DNA of 64,000 nucleotides from Octopus sinensis (lineage: Eukaryota): NCBI RefSeq assembly GCF_006345805.1, contig NC_043008.1, forward strand, positions 46,004,001 to 46,068,000, read 5' to 3'. Below the pieces are notes generated by a model that was not told the origin of the DNA, ran no database searches, and saw only the letters and a program-made list of their open reading frames with translations. Position 1 is the first letter of the stretch; the number at the start of each line of letters is the position of its first letter. The translations under genes were made by a program, and so were the position numbers. Positions 1 through 11,974 of this stretch are shown here, piece after piece.

Positions 1-985
1 ATTATTGATATCAGTAAATTAACTCTAATAAGGATTAAGTATGTACGCTGTTGAACTCTGGTAAGTTACTACCAAAGCAGTTCTACAATGCAGATTCGAT
101 TCTTATTTGAGCAATTTCCCTTTATTTTTTTACAAATATCTGACTTTCAACGAAGAGTCAGAAGGTTATTGAGTAAGCCAAGTAGACTTCACTCTGATTT
201 CCCAGAAAAACAAAACTATTTAGGGAGCTCAGTGAGCTGGAGTTATATAAAACATACGATTCATAATTATTTAATACATGGGAGATTAATCTGCTGACAA
301 TGCAAAACATTCCTTATTTCAGAAAAATTTCGCTTTATATGCGTATTTAACATTTGAGCGATAATATATGAACTTGGTTTTCAACAATTCCGGAGTCTTT
401 AATAGAGAAAATCAAACAAGAAAATTGTCATAATAGATTATGTCCCTTAGCAACCCGTTATCAAAACAATGTCAAATTGTCTTAGTCTAAGAATGATGAG
501 ATTTTTAGCAGTGAAATACTGAGATCACTATAATGGAATATGCTTGAGAAGGTGGGGCCCAAGCGAGACCATAATCCAGTAACTGCAACAAAGAAAATAA
601 TAAAATTATAAATAATTTAGAAGCAATGAATAATAAGATGACCGCGAAGTAATATTGATATTTTTGGATTAGAAGGCATGAGATATGAAACAGGCTCACC
701 GCCGACCCTTTCTCCCTCTGATGACCAAAGTGACCATTGCGACGCACACACACACACATACACACGTACGCGCGCGCACACAAGCACACACATACACACA
801 CACATGCATAACGAACATTATTATTCATAAGAAATAATAATATTAGTGGCCGCAACCATAAAAAACCCTATAGGCAAATTAATAGATATATATAAAAATA
901 TATATAATGTGGCTACTAAGAAGCAACGGCTTTGCTAAAAATAGGAGTAATAAAAACTCCTGTGGCTTCGAGGGTTTTAAAATAT

Positions 986-1025
<40 letters not shown>

Positions 1026-1054
1026 CGAAAGAAAGAGAGAGAGAGTTTCCTCAC

Positions 1055-2466
1055 ATGTGGTAAGCTGCCCAACATGCTAAAAGGAGGTATAATATGCCCT
1101 GTCCATAAAGGAAGGAGCAAAGCAGATGATAAAACTCTTTCTGACTTCACATGTGTGTAAGACAATGGAACGCCTTGGCAGAAAATGGCTAATCACTTCC
1201 CTCGAATAAAACTCCTCACAAACACGGAAGATGGCCTCCGTCCAGGGAGGGGCTTCTTCACACAGCTGCTTCAGCACTTTGGTTGGGTACTGAAACAACA
1301 GCTAAACCAGACGGCTGTAGATGTGATATTTCTCGATTTTTCCAAAGCCTTCGACAAGGTTGATCATGGCATGGTATGTCACAAACTACGAAATCTTGGT
1401 ATGGCCGGGAAACTGGGAGGGTGGCTGCGTGATTTTCCGTAAGGCAGGAGTCAGACAGTTGTAACCAGGGCTGCTACTCTGAAGAGACACGAATTCGCAG
1501 CAGAATCCCACAGAGAACTGTACTGGAGCTACTACTATTTCTGGTGGCCCTCTCAGACATGCCCTCCGCAGTATAGTTAGCCAATCCGACAAGTTATGCT
1601 GATATCACAAAAGTATCGCAGGCGGTTAGCGATTCAGAGGACATCATAAAAATGGACAAAGTTGAATAAAATATGCAAATGAGCTCGGACCAGCACTATG
1701 TTAAAATCGGAAGATACTGGACCAAAATCAGAATCGGTGCGTGACCTGGGGGTTCACATGATCAATGATGCAACGTTTCATGTGCATATTACGGATGGGA
1801 TAATTGCACACGAGTGGCTCGATGGGTTCTGAGGACATTCAGAACCAGGGTGAGCGAGGCCCTGCTCCTCCTATAAGGATTTTCGTTCTCAGCCGCTTGG
1901 GCTACTACTCCCAACTATGGTCCCCAGTGACTGTAAAACAAACTGTGGATAACGAAGCAGTTCAGCACCAATACACAAACGAGATTGACTCGATGCAAAA
2001 GATTGGCTCCTGGGAGAAGCTAAAGGATCTGAGTCTCTATTTCCTGGAGAAAAGACGCGGGAGATATGCGATAATATATATTTGGAAGATCTTAGGGTGT
2101 TTAGCTCCCAATTTTGGACTTGGCATCTGTACCAGTCTCCGAAATGGACGGCATTGCATCGTAGCAAAGATCCCGTCTAAAAAAAGGACACAGTATTACA
2201 ATATTCTCGGTTTCAAGAGCTTGCAATTGTTCAACATCCTGCCAACCAACCTTAGAAATCTACATGGTGGACATGTGGAAGTTTCAAAGAAGGCCACGAC
2301 AGGTTTCAATCAAAGACGCTAGGTGAACCTACATCGCAGCAGGAGGCACAAGGAAGAGTATGGCCATTCTACTTCACCAAAAGCAATACCGAAAAAACGA
2401 GTAACTGCGGGCAGTGCAGCAGCATGACATCTGCCATTGGCTGAAACCAGTAAAACATAAAAGAAG

Positions 2467-2470
<4 letters not shown>
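1055..2470 (+). mobile_element. CR1-group non-LTR retrotransposon, 5'-truncated, degenerate ORF2 (RT + C-terminus + 3' UTR)
   Basis: Frameshifted RT motifs GIICPVHKG..SLTSHVCKTMER and VDVIFLDFSKAFDKVDHG (ORF 1185-1442). C-terminal SQLWSP..LEKRRGRYAIIYIWKIL (ORF 1804-2322). Homologous to 20699-22048. Ends in an A-rich tail followed by (TA)n. Confidence 0.9.
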
Positions 2471-2472
<2 letters not shown>

Positions 2473-2530
<58 letters not shown>

Positions 2531-3252
2531 TTATATGTACATACATACGCATTAAAATAGCAATGATAACAATATCTTAAAAATACATAATGAAACAAAT
2601 TAAAATAACTGAACTGACAACAAGAATTTTGAATAATCTGTAGAATAAATAAGCAGATGCATATCCGCTTATATGTATAACGATACGATAAATACATACA
2701 CGCCGGAAGAATATATAAATAGATACATCTCTCTCTCTTTATATGTATATATACATACATGTGTGTGTGTGTGTGTGTGTGTTGTGTGTGTGTGTGTGTG
2801 TGTGTGTGTATTGACAGATGAAGCAAGAGTGGTGACGCTGAAAAGTCTGCAGCAGAGGAGAGAGACCGGTATGTGTGTATGTGTGTATGTATGTATGTAT
2901 GTATGTATGTATGTATGTATGTATGTGTGTATGTATGTATGTATGTATGTATGTATGTATGTATGCGTGAATGCATGTATGCATGTATGTGCATGCATGT
3001 ATGTAAGTGTGTATATTTACGTATGTTTAAGATTCGAAGCGAACATGTTACAGAATACTAATTTAAGTAAAGCAGAGTTTTCTCCCCTGTCTCGAATACA
3101 GTCTTTCAATTTCGTATCTTATTTTCTATGCTCCGTTTCACTTTGTGTAGTTATATAATTAGACTGTAATGTGTGTGTGTGTGTCTCTATGTGTGTGTGT
3201 GAGGGAGAGTGAGAAAGAGAGACAAACACACACACACAGATATATGTATGTA

Positions 3253-3294
<42 letters not shown>

Positions 3295-3460
3295 TATGGG
3301 TAAAATTAATTAATTAGTTGTTGAGTATTGTTGTCTGGGTGATTTTATTATGGTAGAGAAATAGCTAGTTTTGGCTGCTATTTCTAAATTTCGGTATGTG
3401 GTGAAGCAAATTATTTGCTGAACCCTAATTATAATTATACTCATAATTATAAAATTATAT

Positions 3461-3504
<44 letters not shown>

Positions 3505-3513
3505 ATATATATG

Positions 3514-3567
<54 letters not shown>
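2473..3567. repeat. Microsatellite cluster: (TA)n, (TG)n, (ATGT)n, (AGAT)n
   Basis: Directly visible simple repeats with short unique spacers; they explain the YI/CV/HT-repeat pseudo-ORFs. Confidence 0.95.
3298..3455. repeat. Small dispersed repeat between (TA)n tracts (second copy 49625-49810)
   Basis: Shared blocks gggt(a/g)aaattaattaatt ... aatagcta ... tgctatttctaaatt(t)cggt(a/g)tgtggtga(a/g)gcaaat ... ttgct(g/a)aaccct. Confidence 0.75.
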
Positions 3568-4016
3568 TTGCTATATTATTCCGTATTATGTATTTACATT
3601 GTAAACGTCTTCGAAGCATTGGAACGAGTCTTCTTGAATCCTTCCACCATTTCCATTCTCTTTTAGCATTTATTCTTCAGCTGGCGTTCACTGAATCGTG
3701 ATGTAATTCCTATAATTGTCACGAATGTGCGGTAACTAAGGAGATGCGATTTAAATTTTAAATTATTTTACGTTTAGCAAGGTAACGGAAGTTCTGCTAA
3801 GATCTTTATTATTGAGGTCATTATGATGGACGAAACTAATCAACGATTACATTCATTAATTAAGAATTAAAAGTAAAGGTCACATTGAATATTGCAAAAT
3901 GGATTTCTATAAATCGTGTGTGTATGTGTATGTGTATATATCTATGCATTCATTTAGGAATATACACATTTATGCATTTTTTGTATGTATATATGTGTGG
4001 ATGTATTTATAGATGT

Positions 4017-4200
4017 ATCTTATCTTTTATCTTTCCGTTGTTTCAATGACTTGTCTGCGGTCATGCTGGGGCACCGCATTGAAGAATTATTGTCGAGCGA
4101 ATCGACCCCAATGCTTTTCGTAGAAGGCTCGCACTTATACTGTCGTTCGCTTCTGCCAAGTTACAGAGACATAAAAACACAAACACCGGTTGTTAACAAA
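4017..4200 (-). mobile_element. SINE 3' part carrying a CR1-like tail
   Basis: tcttatcttttatc..gtttcaatgac..tgcggtcatgctggggcaccgc. Homologous to 41886-42265 and to the LINE 3' ends. Confidence 0.75.
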
Positions 4201-4407
4201 CACAAAATCTTTCACGCATGTACACGGGATGTAAACATATACATATAGAGATCGTGATTTCATTTCCTAGACGTTGTGTTCTTCAGCAAAACACTTCATC
4301 TTGCATTGCTCGGATGGTGTTCGAAAAATAAGTGGTGTTACCTAAGTTCATTAGTAGTGAGCAACTGATACCGTGGTACCTCTCCAGCGTTAGAAGCTGT
4401 GTAAAGA

Positions 4408-4481
4408 CAATAACAACAACAATAATAATGATGATAATAATAGTAATAATAATTATAATAATAATAGTAATAATAATGATG

Positions 4482-4523
<42 letters not shown>
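4408..4523. repeat. (AAT)n microsatellite
   Basis: Visible trinucleotide repeat directly upstream of the R4/Dong element. Confidence 0.95.
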
Positions 4524-5490
4524 TCTGCTGCTTTAGATATTCTTACTGATAAATGGCAAGAAGTAACCTCTCAATGGCAAATACCCAAAGAGAGCTAATA
4601 GCGCCGATGTTGTCAAAGCCCTGATCCATCAATGGTTAGTGTCTTCTGGCTTAAAGTCAGAAACAGCAGCTCAAGATCAATGCATACCTACAAGGAACTA
4701 CCAGGCCAAAATATTAAAGAACGGCATTAGCGCAACATGTCGTGAATGTAAACTCAATGTGAACTCATTGATCATGTTGTCTCCATGTGCAGTCTTCTTG
4801 TGTCTACAGAGTATCTCAACAAGCATGATAGAGCTGCACAATATATTCACTGGGTAATTTGCAAAAACCTGGACCTGCCCCGTGATAAAAACTGGTGGGA
4901 ACACAAACCACCCCCAGTGCTTGAAAATGACCACATCTCACTCCTCTGGAACTTGACCGTTCAAACTGACAGAAAGATAGACGCAAATAGGCAAGACATC
5001 CTATTGAAAGACTTCAGACAAAAATCATGCTTCCTCATTAATATGACTGTCCCAGTCGACATAAATGTAACTGTCAAGACCTACCAAAACTGAGCAAGAA
5101 TAAAGATCTTGAAATTGAAATTCGCAAAATGTGGAATCTCAAGACTAAAACAATACCTATTGTCATAAGTGCCTTAGGGATGGTAGCAAAAAGGGCTAAA
5201 TGCCACCTAACTCAGATACCAGGAAACATCAAAATGGTAGAAATTCAAAGGATGGTGCTCATGGAAACTGCCCATATCCTACGTAAAATACTGTCTATGT
5301 CATCTCAAATTTTAAAACAAACTTATAAATTTCTATGTTTTCTTAAACATTCACTAGAACAATACAATGTGAAAAACCAAATATATGGCATCCTAGGCAT
5401 AACACAAACATGAACTTCTAACTTGTCTCTTGAGGTCTCTGGGTGAGACTTGGAGCCAACTTGTACAAATGTAAAGAAAAAGTCAAACAT
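4524..5490 (+). mobile_element. R4/Dong-clade non-LTR retrotransposon 3' fragment (CCHC knuckle + restriction-like endonuclease), degenerate
   Basis: AAQDQCIPTRNY..CREC..DHVVSMC..EYLNKHD..IHWVIC..WWEHKP..WNLTVQTDRKIDANRQDI..INMTVP..KDLEIEIRKMW..IPIVISALG, spread over ORFs 4639, 4785 and 5129. Confidence 0.88.
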
Positions 5491-5516
5491 ATACTACTAC
5501 TACTACTACTACTACT

Positions 5517-5655
5517 ATGTCCGGCTAACCTCACCCTTCTATGCTGTATCTTCAATGTTTCTTTTGGTAGTCCCTGGTATAAGTCAGCGTTTGATGTATG
5601 ACTCTTGCAGGAGACATTGATTGTCATTCTAAGCATCTTTGTAAAACAACCGTAC
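5517..5655 (-). mobile_element. RTE-clade LINE fragment (post-RT region)
   Basis: GCFTKMLRMTINVSCKSHTSNADLYQGLPKETLKIQHRRVRLAGH in ORF 5418-5690(-). Confidence 0.8.
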
Positions 5656-5895
5656 TGTAACGCAAGGAAAACAGAGCTGCAAGTATTCAACCACGAAATG
5701 CCTGTGTCAGTGAAAGTTAAAGACGGTAAGTCCCTGAAGGTAGTTGAACATTTAAATGCCTTGATGTGTGGTCACAAAGTACTGAAAGAAAAAACATTGT
5801 AGCAAGGAAAAAACATCTTACCTGGAGTGTATGCCATAAATTGAGAAAGGTCTGGAGTTCAGAAGTTAGCCAGAAAATTGAAAGTGAGGTTTCTT
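5656..5895 (+). mobile_element. RTE-clade LINE fragment (end of RT), inverted relative to the adjacent piece
   Basis: NARKTELQVFNH..DGKSLKVVEHFKCL..WSVCHKLRKVWSS matches the RTE pattern NxxKTE..LKVVxxFKYLG..LxKIWxS. Confidence 0.72.
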
Positions 5896-6379
5896 CTGTG
5901 TGTCTAACTAATACGAATAGATAACATCAGTATTGTTTAAGGAGCCCATCTAGCGTAAAACTCTGCGTAGCATTAGAATGAATCAATAACTAATTCCTTA
6001 TCACAAAAAAATCCACAATTTGTAATTATTTGTAGGACCATTTCGTCACTTTCATAAAGGTATACAGACACAAACATACACCTACTTACAAACACACATA
6101 GTCACACACAAATACACACACACGTATCTATACACACACGCACACACACACACACATGCATAAATACAAATATACAAACTTTAGAAATTATAAGCATGCT
6201 GGTTACCGCTTCATCCGCCGTCTATTTGTTGTGGTCGGTGAAAGTTTTAAAATTTTCAATGAGTTCATTTAGAGTTCTCAAATGTTTGTCTTGAAGAATT
6301 CTGAATCCATTCAATGAACAGCACGTTCCTTAAATGCTTGATTTTCCAATCGGAATGTATGGCAAAAGTGGTTTCCAGT

Positions 6380-6585
6380 TTTGTCACAAGGCCAGCAAGT
6401 TCGGGGAAGGGTTTTAAGTCGATTATCTCGAATACAGCGGTCAGCTGATGCTTATTTTATCGACACCTGAAAGGATGAAAGACAAAGTCAACCAAAGCAG
6501 AATTTGAACTCAGAAAGCAAAGCCGGAGGAGATGTGGCTATGCATATTTCCCAGCGGGCTAACAATTCTGCCAGCTCACCGACTT
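6380..6585 (-). mobile_element. tRNA-derived SINE (family A), diverged
   Basis: Reverse complement of the head ggtgagctggcagaa..gttagc, B-box gagttcaaattc and core ctttcatcctttc..gtcgataaaataag. Confidence 0.85.
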
Positions 6586-6607
6586 TACTTTTATGGCAAT
6601 ATTAATA

Positions 6608-6920
6608 AGGCGGTGAGCTGGCAGAATCATTAGTCCCAAACAAACTGGTCACCAAATGGGGTGAGCTGGCAGAATAATTAGCCCAGAACGAAATGGCCAC
6701 CAAAAGCGATGACCTTGCAAAATCGTTACGACGCCGGACAAAATGGTTAGTGGCATTTCGTCCGTCTTTACATTTTGGGTTCTTATTCCATCTAAATCTA
6801 CTTTATTTTTTATCCTTTCAGGAGCGATAAAATATAGCACGATTCCTTCAGTGGGATTGATGTAATCGACTGACCACCCATCTCGTGCTTGCCGGGTTTT
6901 ATGCCAATCTTTGAAGCCAA
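6608..6920 (+). mobile_element. tRNA-derived SINE (family A) preceded by two extra head fragments
   Basis: ggcggtgagctggcagaatcattag (6609), ggggtgagctggcagaataattag (6658), then a diverged full body from ~6705. Confidence 0.8.
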
Positions 6921-8247
6921 CATTAATGATATCCAATAGAATGGTATCTCCAATAATATTTTAACGGAACAGCAAATCTTTCGATGCTGACTTCATAACA
7001 TTATAGTACACATTACCGCCATTTCTCGAAGTCAAGCTCCAGCTGTTCTGCTTTGCGCAGAAGGTTCACCTTCTAATTTTACTTTTCTACAATGCTATGG
7101 GGGTTTTGTGGATTAAAGATTTCGGCGACGCCAACCAGCTAACATAAACTATGACAGCTGGACGAAATTTTCAAACTATTAACCAAGGAATATTAAGAGA
7201 AAGTCTAGTTTTGCCTCAAATATTTTTTTGAACTTGCCACATAAATTGATGCGCACAAAATTGATATAAGTTGGAAAAAAGGAAAAAGGAATTTAACAAA
7301 TATCAAGATAAAAGCAAATAAATTTTGTTTGAATAAAGTTTGAGGAAACTGCTTATTTTCCCTTTTATTATTTTTCTTTAGCTTTCTACATAAAATGTCA
7401 ACTTATAAATAAACTAAAAATAGAATATTCTTATTATAGAGAATATGAAGGATGTTGAAAATCTCAGTCAAGATTTTTTCTAAAATGTGACTATTTAAAT
7501 GTCTGCCTTTGTATTTGAGAGAAGGAAAATATAGAAGCAATAACGAGAGGGGAGAGAGAGGGGGGAAGAGAAAGAGAGATAGATTGGTTGATAGATAGCT
7601 AGAGAGAGAGAAAGGATATATATGTATATAGAGAAAGAGACAGATTGAGAGAAGAAAATGTGGAAATGTGTCGCAACAACTAAGTATATTTGGTTCAGTG
7701 GTAAACATAAAATACACCATTCTGCTCGAGTGGTTGAGAAGAAAAATCGATACTTGCTTAATTCTATGTTATTCTTGTATTTATTTTTTTTAACGACGAA
7801 GAAAAAAATATGATGAGTTGGAAAGATTCAGATATTTTAAGGAAAGCTAATAATGTATAAACAGATGATAAGAAAGAAGAAATTGTCACTAACATATAGT
7901 CGGCTGTATATTATTATTGATAAATATAAAGTTTTATATTCGTGGACAGTATTTCTTTGAGATAAGTTATATAAATGCAGTGATTTGCTAACCAAAAAGT
8001 TTGTTGGAATGGTCTTGGTTCGTGTTCCTTGAAATCTGTTGTAGTCTTCAGAAAAACTCTTTAGCCGACTCGATTCAAAGGAAACGGTGAATTTTCTTCT
8101 GGAAATGTTCGGAATGCAGCTACTAAAGTCCTTTCTTCGATGATTTCGCTTCCTCTCAATAATTCTTCGGATTACTTGAAGCCAAATAATTTCCGCAAAG
8201 ATCATATGATCTCAAAACTTATACAGGAAAACAAAGTCTTCAGAATA

Positions 8248-8545
8248 CTAGCACTCCGTCGGTTACGACGACGAGTGTTCCACTTGATTCGACCAGCGGA
8301 ACAGCCTCTTTGTGAAATTACACGTGAAGGAGCCCTTCACAAACATGCGCATCCTTACCATAGCTCTCAGGGAGACTGGGCGTGACACAGAATGAGACAA
8401 AGCTGACTCTTTGAAATAAAGATCCTACTGATTTTTCCAACTGAGTGGAATGGAGCAACATCAAATAAAGTGTCTTGCTTCAGGACGCAACGCCCAGTTG
8501 GGCATCGAACTCACGACATTACGATCGAATACCTTCACCACCGAT
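8248..8545 (-). mobile_element. tRNA-derived SINE (family B, CORE-like domain)
   Basis: The minus strand has B-box gagttcgatgc followed by gcgtcctgaagcaagacactttatt..ttgctcca.tccactcag (CORE-like). A related fragment lies at ~4270-4310(+). Confidence 0.75.
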
Positions 8546-11448
8546 TTTCTCGGTGGTTAAATTGTCGGTATTGTTCTTTCGTACAAGAATGTAAGTTGTT
8601 TAATGCAAACTGTTTTCAATCATTAAAAAATTTCCCCGTTCTGTACATCATAAAACATTTAGCAGCATCAAATATTATTACAGTATCTGGAATATTTTAC
8701 AGGCTTACACAAGCAGCCATTGCTCCAAAAATCGAAAGCAGAGGGATTCCAAATAAATATCTGCAGATATGTTACTAAAGTCGACCAGTGATTCCAAGAT
8801 AAGAGCTTATTTATGTACTTACCCAAACATGCACCCACCCTATTCATGCATCTACCCTAATATTAAAAGATATTCACAGAAGATATTTATAATTAACGAT
8901 TAATTATAAGTGACATGCAGTAGAGTGACATTAAAATAAAACATTTCATTAAATACAGTTACAAAATCAATAATATATACACAGGTAAATAGATAATACA
9001 TTTTAAATAAGAGACACTTACCGCAGAGATGTGTGGACATAGCTGAAGAATAATCAAATAAAGACCGCTACAACAAACAACATAGCTTTCCCACAGAGAA
9101 ACTAGAACAATTAAAATGTAAATATTTGAGGTTTTATTGGTTATTTTTCATGAAGAACGACCGAATAAAAATGTTTTGCTGTTAATTTAAATACAAAAGC
9201 TTTCTCCGGTTACACACGATTTCTTTTTATTTTGTGAGTCTTAAATCAAGAAAAAATATATTTTTCTCCTTCATTGTGAAGATGGTTCGTATATGGACGA
9301 CCTTTCGTGAAATTGATATGACTCTAAAAGCAATGCGAAACATTGTTTTCCAGACAAAAGACGATCAAATTATCGAAAATACTTAGTCAAGCAGACAGCA
9401 ATGTTTCTTAGCAACCTATCAATTCTAAATAGAACAAAGCTTAATTTCATAAATTCGCTGTCTCGACACAGCTTCTGACTTAAATGTTCTTTCAGCTCAG
9501 TTCCTAAAATCCAAAGCTCTTGAAATCATTCTTCCAGGGATATAAACGTATTGATAACTCCCAGATATACCAAGAGCAGCAATAATAATATTAACAGGAG
9601 TGCGTCAGTAGAAGAAAGAGAAACCAGTACAAAATCGTGTCATATCTCACACTTTTGAAAGGTTTCGAGAAAAACATTTGCAGAAATGCAATAAACGATA
9701 CAAAGTGAACCGAAGCCTATTAGCGACATTAAAAATAATAATTCATTATTGGGTTTAAGGGTTCACTATGAAATATTGATTCGGCAATATCCTTTTACTA
9801 CACGATTTTGGAATTTTATCCGACAAATGGAAATATAAGCGGAAGGAGGTTCCAGTCATTCAGATCTTGATTTTTGCGTTCTTGAAACGTTGTAACCAAA
9901 TGCTAAGATCCAACAGAGGTTGATCCTAACAAAATTCGGTAATAAATGGTCCATCACAATGCTTGGGTGCCTTTGTTTATATCTCAAAATATATTGCCAG
10001 ATATAGAAATACCAACCGCACTTAGTATTTAGACAGACATCAATGTGAAAAACCAAACAAACGACATTATTTTTGTACACCTCCAATAAGATATAAACGT
10101 TATAACTAGATGAATAACAGGACATTCTCTAAAATGCCATTTATTACGGAGAGACGATCCTGTTCAGGAGAGGTGATCCCTTTCTGGAGAGATGATTCCA
10201 AATAAGATATTCTTCTGCATCAATAAAAGGAAAAAAGATAAACTTTGAGAACGTTCGTGACCTGGGATAGTTAGTGATTTACATGTGTCTCATGTAAAAT
10301 GGATTTAGAAAAATGAAAAGCTCACACTGTTTTAATATTTAATCCCTCACACAGCTGATCACATTGGCTACAGGACAATGCCTTTCTACAAGCGGTTAAT
10401 TAAGGATTTGTTCACAAAGATTAAATAAGCATCGTTCCTATAGCTCGTAAGGCACTTTGAATAAGAATTGTAAGGTTGCTAGAAATTTCAGCTGTAATCT
10501 GCAAGCTTCGGCTAAGAAACACTTATGACCTGATTCATATGAAAGGTCACCATGATTTATCGAACATCACTAAGGGAACATTAAAATGAATCGATTTTCG
10601 ATGCCAATGCAGTAACAAAATATAATTATATATTTCATAATTACGGTGTACAATTGCAAATAATGTTTCCATTAAAAAAAAATCACTTTCTTTTCTCTTC
10701 TGGCATTGACAGTTACAATGGGTACCAAGCAATTTATATCCAAGATTATTTTCATTGACTGAAAGCTGTTTAAACGGTGATTTCAAAATTCACTTGGGTT
10801 TTTCAGTAGCATATAAAAGGACTCTGTAGATCAGACGAATCGCTATTTTATATTTATATTTAAAATATTTTTATATTTTTCACAGAACTTACGCTGATTG
10901 CCAGCTGATTACTGTTTCCCATGTAATCAACAGGTCACATGAATGGCAAGATCCTCAAAGACCAATTCTCTTACAATTGTTGTACTTTTACGACTGAGAC
11001 GAAATGGTATAATATCAAACCGTATCACTTTATAACATTAGATATACGGCGGTTGCCCTTTAGGTGACCATACAAACCGTGGGTGCCACATCGTATATGC
11101 CCTGCTTTTTCAAGTGGTTTATATGGTAGTTTTTTGCAAAAAGAAATATTCAACGTCTATTCCTGCACTATGGACAGAGTAAAGAGACTAACAACTGTGA
11201 CATGCTCCACACCATTCAATTGTGAATTAAATTCTGGTCAGACAGTGGAGGTCTTAATCACACACGCGGACGGGCGCGTATGTTTTATGTAATTTCAGGT
11301 TCTTATAATGTTGTAAACATTAACTGTAGGCTTTTATATAACAACTGTTTGTTGAGCCGGTATATGATTGGAACCCGGAAATACACTAACTAGAACACTT
11401 TATATTTAACACATCTAAGATTAATATCTTTTATAAAATCAGTCGTCT

Positions 11449-11685
11449 TATTCTGTTGTGTCTGGGGAGAGTCATTTTCTTTTTGTGCCTTATAACTTAA
11501 CACATTCACCGGTAAAATTTCCACTTTTTTCTTATTTTTATTTTCCTAAAATTTTCGTTGCGTCTTGCAACCTTTTCAATAGTTTTGACTCTTAAAAAAT
11601 AAGAAAAAAGTGGAAATTTTACCTGTGAGTGTGTTATATTATAAGGCACAAAAACAAAATTACTCTCCCCAGACACAACAGAATA
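11449..11685. repeat. Foldback element: ~90-bp inverted arms around a 55-bp spacer; family also at 44112-44199
   Basis: tattctgttgtgtctggggagag...cttattttt (11449-11539) versus its reverse complement at 11595-11685. Confidence 0.9.
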
Positions 11686-11974
11686 TGCTTCAACACACGA
11701 ACTCGTATAAAGAATCTTGCAAACCAAATCTCAAAACGAAATCATCGTATTGTTTTCTCTCTTTTTTTAACTTACTCAAATTCTCTCGAGGTTTTTTCAC
11801 CTCAATAACAATTTATGAGAATCTAATTAGTGACAGTTGACGGCGTTCGATTCTTTACCACGTCTCGTCTTGATTGCTTTGCTGTGCAATTGGAGGTCAA
11901 GGTCAACGTCGTTCCTTGTTTACACAACGATTTAGTTGCTTTAGGTGCGCTAGTTATTCTAGCAAGCCAAGTTA

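Noticed and set aside
10148-10200. Three degenerate ~19-bp tandem units; similar small duplications at 35557-35590 and 60744-60773
   Set aside because: Ordinary slippage duplications.
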